Of a stretch of DNA of 64,000 nucleotides, positions 27,425 to 40,389 are shown one piece after another (the stretch's first letter is position 1; every line of letters begins with the position of its first letter). The notes under the pieces were generated by a model, which ran no database searches, was not told the DNA's origin, and was given only the letters and a program-made list of their open reading frames with translations. A program made the position numbers and the translations under genes. Origin of the DNA: the human T2T-CHM13v2.0 reference genome, Homo sapiens; assembly GCF_009914755.1 (NCBI RefSeq), contig NC_060933.1; one strand, given 5' to 3'.

Positions 27425-28136
27425 TGTGTCAATCAGGATCCCAGGAGAAAATAGAATTCCTCTCAGATGTTTCAAGCGAAGTGATTTTAAAGAAAGGATC
27501 GTTTATACAGAAATAGACATAGTTAAGGAATCCAACAAGCAACACTGGGAAACCATTCCATCACTAGGCCTATGGTAACACTGGAACTTAATGAGAACGG
27601 AAGCCATGGAGGAGGGGCTGTTTGACTGAATCTGTAATCAATGGAGGAAAGGAACTGGAAACACAGCGTCAAGGTGAGACAACAGAAAACACCCTCTCCT
27701 TGGTCTCCTCCTGGTATCTCCCATTGGCTGAACCCGAGTGGAAGCCAAAGGGCATGAGAGTGATACAATCCACAGAGGTCAGTCTTCTGGGCCCCATGCA
27801 GGGCCAAGAAAAGTGGAAAATAGTTCTAAGGGAAGAGAGTTAAGTGACGAATGTCCATCACAGCACTCCTGTGGCAGGAGCACCGACATCACAGCACCAA
27901 AGCAGACAGCCAGTAGGGAAGAAATACCCTTATCTCTCTCCTTTCCCTCCAATATATTGCCGGTACCTCCCACTGGCTAAACCCAACTATAAACCAGCCT
28001 AATTACAACTATAAAACAGCCTAGAAGGGAGCCTGTGGGGTGCAGCTTGCAAGAATCAATTTTCAGAGACAAAGAGTAGAGCAGAGACAGGTAGCGAACA
28101 GACAGGAGAAAAAGCTGAAAGAGAATAACCAGCAGA
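27425..28136 (-). mobile_element. ERVL LTR33-family remnants (two 5' termini)
   Basis: Starts tgtgtcaatcaggatcccaggagaaaa. The core CTCCCAYTGGCTRAACCC occurs twice (27718-27735, 27967-27984), each followed by an LTR33-like end (27862, 28136). Confidence 0.65.
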
Positions 28137-31089
28137 ATAGAAAACAGAAAACTCATGCTTCCTACAAATATTTATTGCTGCTAGCTACAGGTCAATATAG
28201 GAGGTGACCATAGTTAATGGAGGGGAAATTCCAAATTTCTAAGAAGACAGAGCAATCTTAAGTCATAAGAATTATGAATATTTGTTAGAATGAAAAAAGA
28301 AGTAGAGTGTGATCTTTCATGGTTTCTCCTATCTTCATTTTTAGATATGCTCATGCCTAATCTCTCTATTTTCCTCTTTCATAAGAGATGAGGCATTGGT
28401 CTCTTCAATGGCCCAGTGCCTAGAGATAATGATGAGTAGTATTTAGCTTGAAGCATAGACTGAAGTAGGTTATTTGACATCTCACTGGAAGCTGGAGGCT
28501 GATCATTTCTAGCTCCACCAGTTGCTCTATTTACAAATATCTTATTTTGAAAAATGTAGGGGAGTCCCACAGGGCAGCTATAAGGCAAAGACATATTTTT
28601 CATATTTCCCAGTTTGCCTTGATTTTTAGTGGTGCCAAATACCCTGTGTGCACTAAAAATCATCTTTGATATTTCTTCTTTCACACCTGAGGGAATTTAC
28701 TGATGCCAGATTGAACTGACTTGTAAGGTAGTTACCAATGTTTAATTAAGATCTAATCATGCCAAGTCACAGACTGCTATATCATGCATATAAGGATGAC
28801 TTAAGACAGGGATGTAGTTTGGTATCTCTTGAGTTCTGATTAAATCTAATACTTTAAATTATGTATAAGATACATGGGATCTAGATCATGCTAATGTGAG
28901 AACAAATTAAAGACTGGACTAATAAAGTAAGTACGACTACTCAGAAAATGATCAAACTCTAAATGGAAGAACAGTATAGTTGAAAACAATAATCTTTGCT
29001 CTAGTTCTGGCTCTCCTACCTATTCATGTCATTGTGGAGACCTTACTTCACTCACCTGAATCGCTACTTTCTTAAGTTATAATGATATGACCTGAGACTC
29101 CTATTAGCCCTATCATATCATGTCTCTCTGAGTACATGTTATTTATTCAAATAAATAAGGCTGAGAGTTTACAATAACAATGCTCAAACACATGAGAAAG
29201 TATTGTAAGAAGGTTGCTGACTTGTTCCATTCCCAGAAGAAGAAAAAGAAAAGAGGATGAAATAAAGGGCGGAACCAAATATTTATAAGACATCTGATAT
29301 GTGTAAGACACTCTGCTATTCCCGCTGTATACATTAGTTCTAATATCAACTTTACATTAATAATTATTATTTTCCTTTACTTCATGGATAAGAAAACTAA
29401 GACTAAGGAAATTTTGCTATTGTTCACCTTTCTTTCATTGTTAATCTTTTTTGAAAGAGTAGTCTACATTCACTTTCTCTGTTCACTACTCACTTAGTTC
29501 TTACTTGCAGTCTGGCTTCAACGCTCACCAAGATGCAAAACTTCTTGTTTAACCTTTTCAGGATTTTTTAGAGTTTAACCTGTGCTCTTTCTTGAAACCC
29601 CCTCTTCTGTTTCTGACACCTGACTTTCCTGATTTAACTTCTATTGTAGCAGCTGTAATCTTTGCACACCATGTAGCTTAAACAAAGATGAAATATTATT
29701 TCATTCCAAATGAACCTAGTGACTCCCATGCTCACTACTGGTAAAATACTTAAATTTATCAAATCAGGATCACCGAGGCTATTCTAGATTAAAACACATT
29801 TATCTGATTTTTGCCTTATGCATTCTCATTTCCTTCTCCCCAGACTGATCAAAAGCTCAGAGGGACTTACTTTTGCTTCTCATATAGGAGAGAATGTCTC
29901 GGCTGGAATTTACTTTTGATGACACTCCTGTTTCCCTGTTGTGCAAGTGCAAGATGATTGCTGTTGGAAACTCAGCGGCCTGCTTCTGCTGACTCACTCC
30001 TACCTCAGGGTGGCTGGCACTGTGATCCTTTCAGGCTTAGTCACATCCTCCTTGCATTCACGGCTTTTGCTGGCCACCCTGTAGTTTCTGCAAAAGGCTC
30101 TCCTGGCCTCATTTTATTCTTCAGTAACTGGTCATTTTGACCAATCATCTTTTGTGGTAACCCCTTGCAGGAAGACTACCTCTCAACTCTCAGCTATTTC
30201 TAATGTTTTATTAGACACACAAAACATTTTTGGATCTCATACATCTCAAGGAAAAAATTCAAGAGGGCTGGGAGGTAGGTGGAGAAAGTGTGAAGAGGCT
30301 ATCTCAACCCACTCTCCGCCTATATCTGCCCGCAAAATATGTCTTCTTTCCTCTGGCTACTCCATGTTGGCAGGAGACCCTTGGGAATGCTATCTCTTTC
30401 CATAGTTTGAAAAAAGAACATACAACTCCTTGGTTTTCAGTCTCCAAACCCATCTGGCTATCTCCGTCTCCCAACCAGGTTTTTACTTTGAGATCAGCAC
30501 TCACATCAGCATCTAATCATATTGCTATTCTCTATTCCTCTCCAGATTTCTCCCTCAGCCCCCCGCAAAATTCTTCTATCTATGGTGCAAATCTTCTCTT
30601 GAATGATCATGAATCGTCACAAATTCCATAGTTTAAAGAAGAAAATGCTGAGTTTACCAGACCCTTAGCCTTGGTAGGAGGTGGAAGGAGGCCTTAAAAA
30701 AAAAAAAAGAAAGAAAAAGAAAAAGCTTTCTCATTCAAAGTTGTCTCTATCACTAGCTTTTGAGAGCTTCCTTTGAAACTTGAACAGAATAATCTGACTG
30801 TTTTCATGGTGGATTTCTTCCCTTTTATTCTTTGTTTCCTGAACACATTAAGTCTTCACATCAGGGTTTACAGTTAACTACATATAAAAGGAATTGGCAA
30901 GAAGGAGAAATACAACACATTGGATAATGTTTCAAAATATTATTTTTCTAGATTGGTTGTGGACTCCTTTTTTCTAATTTATTTTCATTCTCCCACACTG
31001 TCAATGTTGGTGTTAATCAAGACATTGTCAATGAACAGCTTCTATTCTTCCTATTTTATTTTTAGTGTCTAAATATAGTTTTATATCTG

Positions 31090-31275
31090 TAATTCTTCAC
31101 TTTTTTGAGGTCATGTACCCTTTTGAGATTCTGTGGAAATCCAGGGACTTTCTTCCTTCAAAAAGACACTTAAGCATATACATATAGTTTTCATTATTCG
31201 AAGGGGTTCATGGAGTTTCTTAAGCCTATTAATAAAACCAAGGGGGACATAACTACCTGGGTGAAGACCACCTGT
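31090..31275. mobile_element. hAT-Charlie-type MITE remnant
   Basis: gaggtcatgtacccttttgagattctgtggaa...aggggttcatgga...ctgggtgaagaccacctg. Confidence 0.6.
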
Positions 31276-31759
31276 CCACATTGTTCATTGCTATTTTCCC
31301 AGAGCCTAAAAGGGCATCGGCCAAAAAGCAGGTATTCAGAATTAATTATTTATTTAAATAAATAAAACAATTAATATCTCCAACTCTCATACTGTCCTGA
31401 ATTCTAGCCCATTTTACCAACTGCTATTCAGATGTGACATCAGAATCTTAAACTCAATACATCCACACTAAAAGTATTATCTTTTTGTTCCCTTTTCCAT
31501 CAGTGGCCTTTGCTTTCCTCAGAGTTAAGTTATTCTGACTTTACCGTCAGCATTTTTGCCTCCTGCTCTTCTCTAAGTCCTTTAAATTCTATTGGCTTTC
31601 AAGGCATGCTGATTATCTCTCTCAATTTTTCACAGTCTGTTGCCATATATGAAGGTGGTACTTTGAGGTGTCTAGCCAGCTAAAAATGGCACATTACCTT
31701 CAAGCCTTCACTCACAGGATAGTTTTCAGGGAGTCAGGTCTTATCCCTCGCCCCATATC

Positions 31760-32091
31760 TATAGTTCACTGGACACCTGATCTAAGCTAAGCCAATCACA
31801 TTCTATTGGTTAGAAATTTGATATTGAGATTAAAAATTCTAATTTACTCTAGATAATTCCTTTAATATGGAATATAAAAAAACTGTAGAGCCCTGAGACA
31901 TCCACCTGTAACCATGTGGAATTAATAATAGAAAAAGCAAATATGCCGATAGAAAAGAATAAAACAGTTATTCAGAGAAAAGCAGGAGCCAGCAACTGAG
32001 AATCCAGAGAAGTATTCCAGGTTCCTGACTTCTCAGCACCAGGTTCCTTTCTATTCCTAAAGTCTGGCTGTATTCCTGCCCTTGGAAGCTA
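31760..32091 (+). mobile_element. Old MLT1-type LTR, 5' part (continues at about 33599-33690 after the L1)
   Basis: ggacacctgatctaagctaagccaatcac...ggctgtattcctgcccttgg; the distal piece has ctagcttgtggctttctgttatttg. Confidence 0.55.
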
Positions 32092-32107
32092 TAGGATGCC
32101 CCTTTTT

Positions 32108-33581
32108 CTCCCCATTTTGTTTTGTATGTGGTAAAATACACATAAAATTTACCATCTTACCCATTTTTAAGTACATAGTTCAGTGGATTAAAATACATTC
32201 ATAATGTGGTGTATCCATCACCACCATCCATTTTTATATTGTTGTCGTCTCATATAACTGAAACTCTATACCCATTAAGCAATAGCTCCCCATTTTCCCT
32301 ACCCCCAGCCCCCAGCAACCACCATTCTACTTTCTGTCTCTATAAATCTGACTACGCTAAGTACTTCATATAGGTGGAATCATAGAGTGTTTGTCTTTTT
32401 GTGATTGGCTTATTTCACTTAGCATAATATGCTCCAGTTTATTTATTAGAATTTCCTTCCTTTTTAAAGCTGAATAATATTCTATTGTTGCATACATACA
32501 TACATACATCACACTTTGTTTATCTGTTCATCACTTGAATTGCTTCCACATTTTACCTTTTGTGAATAATGCTATTATTAACATAAATGTGCAAATATCT
32601 TTTTGAGACCTTGTTTTCAATTCTTTTAGGTTGACCCAGAAGTGGAATTGCTAATATTTTTAATTTTGTGAGGAACCACCATACTGTTTTCCACAGTGGC
32701 TGGACCATTTCACGTTCCCATAAGAAGTGTGCAAGGGTTCTAATTTCTTCACATCTCACCGACACTGGTTATTTTCTCTCTCTTTCTAAAAAATAGTAGC
32801 CATCCTAATGATTGTGAAGTATCTCATTATAGTTTTAATTTACATTTCCTAATGATCAGTGATATTGAGCATCTTTTCATGTACTTATTGGCCATTTTAT
32901 ATCTTCTTTGAAGAAATGTCTATATAAGTCCTTTGCCCATTTTTGAATTGCATTCTTTGTTTTTAGTTGTTGAGTTTTAGGAGTTCTTTAAATATTATGG
33001 ATATTAGTCCCTTATCCCTTATCAGATATATGATTTGCAAACATTTTCTCTCATTTCATGGGTTGCTTTTTTATCCTGTTGGCATTGTCTTTTGATGGTC
33101 AAAATTTTTAATTTTTATGCAGTACAATTTCTTTTCTTTATTTTGTTGCCTGTACCTTTGGTGTCTTACCCAAACAAGCATTGCCAAATCCAGTGTTGCA
33201 AAGATTTTGCCTTATGTTTTTTCTTTTAAGAGTTTTATAGTTTTAAGTCTTTGGTTCATTTTGAGTTAATTTTTGCATATGCTGTTTGTTAAGTTTCTAA
33301 CTTCATCTGTTTTATGTGGACATCCTGTTTGCACAGTACTATTTGTTGAAAGGACTCACCTTTCCCATTGAATGGCTTGTGACATCTTCGTCAAAAATCA
33401 TTTGGCCATATACACAAGTGTTTATTTCTGGGTTCTCTGTTCTATTTCATTGGTATGTGTGTCCATCTTTACACCAGTATCACATTGTTTTGATTACTAT
33501 AGCTTTGTAGTAAGTTTCAAAATTAGGAAATGTGAGTTCACCAGCTTTGTTCTTTTTCAAAATCATTTTTGCTATATGGAG
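32108..33581 (-). mobile_element. L1MB-type LINE, 3' about 1.5 kb (ORF2 C-terminal remnant plus 3' UTR)
   Basis: gtggtaaaatacacataaaatttaccatctta...ctgaaactctatacccatt...gaggaaccaccatactgttttccacagtggc...ccagctttgttcttttt. Diverged TSD 32092-32107 / 33582-33598. Confidence 0.92.
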
Positions 33582-34319
33582 TAGGACACTTCCTTTTTAT
33601 TCATATATCCTTTTAAGAAATACTCCCTATTTCTTTGTTTGCTTTCCCTAGCTTGTGGCTTTCTGTTATTTGTGGGCACAGGTATTAAAATGGAATCTGT
33701 CCTGGTTCCCTTTCAGTTAAAGCAAGATAATAGATGCTATATTTCATTTTTAGCAGTTAAGAGATAGACCTGTTATGCCTGTAAACGATTGACACAGCTT
33801 TTAAACTCCGTTACTCACATGAGGCTACAAAAGAGCTGAAAAGGCTATAGAATAGAGAACAAGAGATTATTTATGAGAGGATTTTGGGGGGAGTGGGAAC
33901 TCTAATCTTTCAACATTGGAGATATTAATTTGTAACACTAAGCCTGGGGAAGGAAGCCTCAGTGGAACCTGGCTATGTGTTTTTTTAAAGGGTGATCTCA
34001 TTCATGAGAGAAGTCTGCAGAGCACTGTGTTGAGGGGAGATCAAGAGCATACAGACAAAAAAGAGGCACTGCTGTGTCAAGAGCATATGGCCTAGTTGCA
34101 GCTGAAGCACAAATTTTGTGCTTCAAAATTTCTGGCAATCACTGGCCTCTCTTATTCTCCCTCTTTTTCTCAACTTAATATGTTATGATCATTGAAACAA
34201 TGGGCTAGGATATGAAGACCTGGTTTTTGCCAGTGAGTGGGCTCCACCATCTAGCCAAGATATCTTTATGGGAGGGCTTGAGGAAGTGTGACACTATTCT
34301 AATCTTTTGTTAAAACAAC

Positions 34320-34605
34320 CCCTGGCCAGAAGTTAGCTGTATGGTCACGCCATCTCAAGTGAGGCTGAGAGTATTGACTTTAGCTGGGCTGCTGTTTGAT
34401 CAGCTCATACTCCAGCGTTTTCAACAAGTGTCTTCCAGGGTTATCCTGGATGCAAATATCTAGTTCGAAGAAAAAGAAAGAGGACCAGTAAAGAAAGCAC
34501 ACCTAATTCTTAGTGACCTTGGTCTACTAATAGAAGTGAGTAGTTACATGGGTCTATTTAGATAAAAGGGAGGCTGAAACATGTAGTCCCTTGCCACGTA
34601 GCCTA
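34320..34605 (-). mobile_element. Old MaLR/ERVL LTR remnants
   Basis: Two degenerate copies of the (t)ggccagaacttagtcacatgg...agggaggctgggaaatgtagtc motif. Confidence 0.45.
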
Positions 34606-34729
34606 AAGAGATTCTAAGATTCTCAAGAATAGCCTCTGTCTTCTGTTTAATGTTTAGGTTAAAAATAAAATCACAGATTACTTAAGAACCTAAAATTCTT
34701 AAATTGGAGGGTCATCCCTGTAAAATGAA

Positions 34730-34870
34730 GTGTCTGAGCTTTTGAACCACACAGACTTAGGCTTAAGCTCCAGCTAGCCCACTGCTAAATACGTGTTTTT
34801 GGTGCAAATGATTTAATGACTCTCAGCCTCAATTTGCTCATCTGTAAAGTAGAAATGGGCATTTGGCTGG
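34730..34870 (+). mobile_element. MIR fragment
   Basis: acagacttaggctt...ctctcagcctcaatttgctcatctgtaaa. Confidence 0.7.
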
Positions 34871-36556
34871 CATGAGACAACAAATCTAAAATGCTTGGTT
34901 TCAGCTTGTTTTGCCTTATTAAAAAGGACTTTATTCCACCCTGACCGGATGTGCTAGGTGATCTTACACAATGTTGAAGAATTTATTTTCCTATTTCACT
35001 CTACCATATTCATTCTATAACTGGCTCCTTGTTCTATTATTTCCTCTTACCTGATAATGAATCTAGTAGTTCATTCTGTTCATTTCATTAAATCCCTTTA
35101 GTTTAATGCCAAGTCTATCTTGCTCTCAGGGCACAATAACTTCTCAATTTATGGCATCTGGGGGCTCCTGTGAAGCCATCTTGTATTTACCACTGTGTTA
35201 GTTAGGATCCTGGAAACAGAAACCATACCAGTAAAAATTACTATTCAGGTTATAGTGGCTTAAAGAAAGGGCTTTGCCTTGGGAGGAGACAGATTATAAT
35301 ACATTCTCCTGGGTTCTAATTTTCTGCCCAGAGTAGAGGAAACAACTTTTTGAAAAGAAAAATCATCTTACAAGCAAGTAGAGCAAAGCCAATGGCAAGA
35401 AAAAAAAAGGGTTGGAAGTTTAGTTTGAAGAGACTGGCTGTTATAAGAGGGAATTTAGCTTTCTGGGGGTGCTAGAGACAATATCTCCGTAGATTTTAAA
35501 TGGCATTCCTTTAGTTCTTGGAGCAATTTTGGCTCTTTACAGAACACCACATAAGCATCGTTTGCTGTACCGACTCTATCTTTTTTAAATTTATGCTCTG
35601 CCTTGCTTGGTAACTCATTTGAGAGGTGCTATTGGCTGAAAATAGCATTGAGTCTGCCCTATTCCTGCCTAATGGGAGTGGACAGGAAGTGAGTCCTGAG
35701 CAGGGAAGGCGGTAGTGACAGTGGGAGATTTGTCCTGCTGTTCACAAAACATTAGAAATATGGTCCTGCAAGAATTGCCTGCAGAGACCTCTAAACTATT
35801 TGCTGAGTAGCAACAGTACTTAAAGTGTCCAGTAGCCATCCAAAGGGTTGCCTTTTCATCAAAGGGGCCACTTCATACAGATACATATGAGACCATCAAC
35901 TTAGAGTGACAGCAAGTTCATTTACTTATTAATTTTATTAATTGTAGAATGGCCTAAATGCTCAACATTCATCCTTCAAATTTCACTCAGGAAGCTACCC
36001 AGAATCTTCTGACTCAGACTACACCCACCGAGCAACATCTTTTGCAGTTTTATAAATTATTCTACTATCTCTTCTACCTGAATAGGAGCTCCTGGAGAAT
36101 GCAGTTTTATATCTGTAGTGCCTAGCACATAATAAATGTTTAATAAATGTGAGTTAATTGAATTAAGCAGCCTGCTCATTGTGAAGCCCAGCACATGCAG
36201 TGTTAGAAATGTTTTAGTCATTTGTTTTCCCCTAGATTTGCTTACTGGAATCTTAAATTTAGAGGAACTTGAAATGGAGAATAAAAACACCACATCTGAC
36301 CAAGAAACATTATACATGATTGTTCTGAGAGGCAGAGAGGTTAAACAAATTACCTAAGTTCATAGATGTGACCAATGGCCAAGGCAGAACTGGAACTAAT
36401 TCTCTCACTCTTCATTCAGTAATTTCAGAAATTATGTAGTAAATTACTTTAAAACTAGAAAGCCCTCTCTCTGTTAGTGTTTCTGTTGGTTGCCTGTGGC
36501 AACTAAAGTTTCAGTGGGATTTCATCTCATTTTGGGAATTCATGAGACCATCACCC

Positions 36557-36898
<342 letters not shown>

Positions 36899-37309
36899 TC
36901 AAAACCAATTGAAAATAAAATGTAAACTAATGTCATTGTATCCTCTCCTTTTTGGATAATTGTCTCTCAAAATTAGAGTACACCGACCACTGCCTCAAAG
37001 TATTCAAACAAAATATTAAAACATCTTTGTGATAGAGCTTACAAATGAGATATTTGTTTGGCTTTTCCTAAGCCGAAGATGGTTTTTATCAATTTTACAA
37101 AGTAAAGTCATAAACATCATTTAAAATTGCTGTATCAGCTATATTAGGATTTGAATTCTTATACAAAGGTGAAAAAAGTGTTTCTATTTCCAAGTATTGT
37201 TTTCCACAGAGCTTCAGCTTAGAAAGAATTCTTTTAAAAGTAGAAGGTCTGTTCTTAAAAAGTAGCACATAAATTACAAACTTTAAATAGAATTAACTTA
37301 TGACAAAAT

Positions 37310-37700
37310 TATAATAACCAGTATCTATCTATATTGAAGGTTTATTATTCAAGCATGGTTCAAAATCATAGCTTTGCTTTTAACTCATTTAATGTTTATA
37401 ACCACCTTATAAAGTAGACGCTACTACTGTGCCTACTTTATATAATAATAATAGTACCTAGCACATCTCACATCTTCTGAGCAATGGCTTTGTATTATAC
37501 AAAATACTAAATTAAGCACTTCATGTACTTTCTATTACTTAATCCTCATAGTGTCCATGAAAGATTAGCACCATCCTTAAGTGAACAAACTGAAGTTCTG
37601 CAAGGTTAATTCATTGCCATAAAGCCATAGTTAGTAAATGGTGGAGGTAAGAGACAAACCCATTTCTATCTAATTCAAAGCCCATGCTCTGTCCACAGGC
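37310..37700 (-). mobile_element. Two adjacent MIR fragments
   Basis: taactcatttaatg.. and aagcacttcatgtac..ttaatcctcatag..acaaactgaagttc..atagttagtaaatggtggag. Confidence 0.6.
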
Positions 37701-38069
37701 AGCAACCCCTCTGAAGATGGGAAGAAATTTGTAATTTCTTTCCAACTCCTGTTAAAAAACTCACAGAACCTCTCCCTGCCTACTTTACTGCTATCTTTAG
37801 CCTAAGGTTCATAAGTTGATTTTGTTAAGTTTAGAGATGATATTAAAAATATTTAAGAACTGCATGGATACCAACTCATCCGTGCCACTCCAGTGGTCAG
37901 TGCAACTCCAGCTTTATTTCTATGTTACTGGACCTTAGTTGGGCATGTGGTGGGACCAGGAGGACCAGAATAATAGGATGCTACTCATGAGTCTCAGAGA
38001 GGTGCCTGCCTGTCAACCACCATGGAAATATTTTAAGTAGTGATACTTGTATTAAGAAATGAGTATCCA

Positions 38070-38365
38070 GCCAGGCACCGTGGCTCATGCCTGTAATCCC
38101 AGCAGTTTGGGAGGCCGAGGTGGGCAGATCACTTGAGCCCAGGAGTTTGAGACCAGCCTGGGCAACATAGCGAGACCCCATCTCTACTAAAAGTTAAAAA
38201 ATTAGACAGGTGTGGTGGCAGCCACCTGTAATCCCAGCTACTCAGGAGGCTGAGGCATTAGAATGGCTTGAACCTGGGAGGCAGGGGTTGCAGTGAGCCA
38301 AGATTGCACCATTGCACTGCAGCCTAGGCAACGAAGCAAGCCTCTGTCTCAAAAAAGAAAAAAAA
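38070..38365 (+). mobile_element. Old Alu (J-type left arm, S-like right arm)
   Basis: cttgagcccaggagtttgagaccagcctgggcaacatagcgagaccc on the left, gaatggcttgaacctgggagg on the right. TSD aaatgagtatcca 38057-38069 / 38366-38378. Confidence 0.95.
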
Positions 38366-38389
38366 AAATGAGTATCCAATAATAACTTC

Positions 38390-38480
38390 AAAAGAAAGAA
38401 AGGAAGGAAAGAAAGAAGGAAGGAAAGAAGGGAGGGAGGGAAGGAGGGAGGGAGGGAAGGGAGGAAGGACGGAAGCTAAG
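38390..38480. repeat. Polypurine (GAAA/GGAA/GGGA)n tract
   Basis: Almost purely A/G. Confidence 0.9.
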
Positions 38481-38529
38481 AAAGAATGAATCTTGGCCAC
38501 ATGAACTAATTGCAGGAAGAAACTGAGAA

Positions 38530-38710
38530 GTAGTATGACATGAAGACTAGGAGCTTAGTCTCTGGAAGCAAGCTGACTGGCTCAAATCATAGCTTCCTTG
38601 TTATGTGACGTTGACAAATTGGCCTCTGTGCTACAGTTTTCTCATCTCTAAAATGCGTGCCATAATAATACTTACCTCGTATGCTTGTAGTGAGTCCTGA
38701 GAGAGATAAC
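38530..38710 (+). mobile_element. MIR
   Basis: ctctgtgctacagttttctcatctctaaaatg...ataataatacttacctc. Confidence 0.75.
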
Positions 38711-38959
38711 CCAAGTTTTCAACCAGCAAGAGCTTTCCACTACTGTAATATTTACATTCTTAATATTTCCTCTTGGAAAAGCCTGTATTTTTTTTATCTA
38801 ATAGTCTTATAGTTAATGACAATTCTTCGCGAGTTACATTAATGGAGGGCAGCAAAGACATAGATACTCCAAAACAACAGATAATGATGAAGATTATTCT
38901 TAATGGCTTTTAAAAAATGCTTTCTGAGATGTTTTTTCCCTTGCAGATTAATCTCCACT

Positions 38960-39520
38960 TCAATTCACCAAATGCGTATTGAATGCCCATTGTGGATTGG
39001 TCACTGTGTCACACCAGGGGTACAGAAATTAATAATATGGAATCCCCGAGCCTGAGGAAATCAGTTTACCGTGAAAACAAATGTGCAAACAATCCTTTAC
39101 AATGGGCTTATATAAAGTGGGTGGAGCCATCATGTTATGGAGTCATGTAAGGTTTTACGGATAAGGTACACATTACCCTCAGTGAGCAAGAGGGGAAGAA
39201 ACATCCCAGGCAGGGAAACAGCATGCAAAGGAAGGACAAGAAGGCTGGAAAGAGCATGATCTGTTTGGGGAACAGACAGGCGTTCATGTGGACACAGTGA
39301 ACGGTGTACATGGGAGAGTGGAGGAAGTGGAGGCTCAACACATATGAGGAACCAGACTGAGAAGGACTTGATTTGCCATTGTAAGGAACCTGGATATAAT
39401 CCTGTAGACAAAGGACCTCCTCAGGAGTGGTATGCTCAGCCATGTGTTGTAGAAAGATCACAGTGGCAGTGGCAGCAGGAGACAGGTTGAGTCTGAAGGG
39501 ATGACAGGAAGAAAGTTAAC
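38960..39520 (-). mobile_element. L2 remnant
   Basis: caccaaatgcgtattgaatgccc...catcccaggcagggaaacagcatgcaaagg...gaaagatcac. Confidence 0.7.
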
Positions 39521-40244
39521 TTTTCCTTTATGATACACTTTTATTGGCACTGGATATGCATTATCCCTTTGCAATGTGATACCAGAAATGCACCAGGTGG
39601 CAGAGGGCAGCTGGGTTGTAAACCATTTAATGTGCTGTGGACAGCTAGACCTGTGCTTCTGGAAGGAGCCTCTCACCCGCAGGGTTTGTGTCCCTAACTT
39701 GTGCTCCCATGTCATTTGTTTTTAACCTCTACAATGCTCTTAGCACCCTGAATTGTTCCTTTACATGTTTATCTGCCACTATGAACACTGGCTCTTTGAG
39801 GCCAAGGATAATGCCACTTCCTCAGGCCGCAGTGAGGCTCATGGAGCACAGCCATGAAGAGAAGACAGCAGTGTGACCCACGGTATCTGGGGTAAACTCT
39901 CCTTGGCATCCTGTCATATTTCGGATAGAACCTCAACAGGGCTCCTCTTTGGTCCCACCAACTCGTTTCACTTCACAACTGCCCCAAGCTCTTGCCCGTC
40001 TTGGAACCTGCCCACATGCTGTTTCTTCCTCTCCTTCCTCCACCTAACTCTGAAAGGGAGACTCCTTCTTTTTCTTCATCCTAAAGTAAATATCACCCAT
40101 GAAGGGAGGCCATTCCTGATCATGATTGTCCTCTGTGTAGGTTCCCTCGCTCACTCCATGCCTTCAGTCTTCACTGTGCCTCTTTGCTCCTTCATAGAAT
40201 GTGTTGAAATCTGGAGTTATAACTCCTTTTCTTTAATACACTAT

Positions 40245-40380
40245 AATTACTTCGTGAAAATTCATAATATGTAATATTTAAGGCTCTGAAACATTCTGCA
40301 GCTAAAAAAGTTTTAAACTTTGTTTAAAAAACTTGATAAACTGGGTTTAGCAAGCTTATTGGAGGACAGAAATCTCTCCC
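40245..40380. mobile_element. hAT-Charlie remnant (MER103-like)
   Basis: taaggctctgaaacattctgcag..aaactttgtttaa..caagcttatt. Confidence 0.5.
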
Positions 40381-40389
40381 TTATTTGTG

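Noticed and set aside
30230-30631. Longest non-Alu ORFs (133 aa here; also 39873-40274, 46659-47051, 49494-49874, 53487-53873)
   Set aside because: No recognisable domain, mostly non-ATG starts, several overlap L2/MIR, and the lengths are compatible with chance in 64 kb.
32553-33584. ORFs with L1-like peptide (MVQPLWKTVWWFL)
   Set aside because: Decayed L1 ORF2 C-terminus with frameshifts and stops.
38070-38365. J-left/S-right Alu as a recombination product
   Set aside because: The TSD is intact and J-to-S transitional Alus are common, so a special event cannot be argued without alignment.
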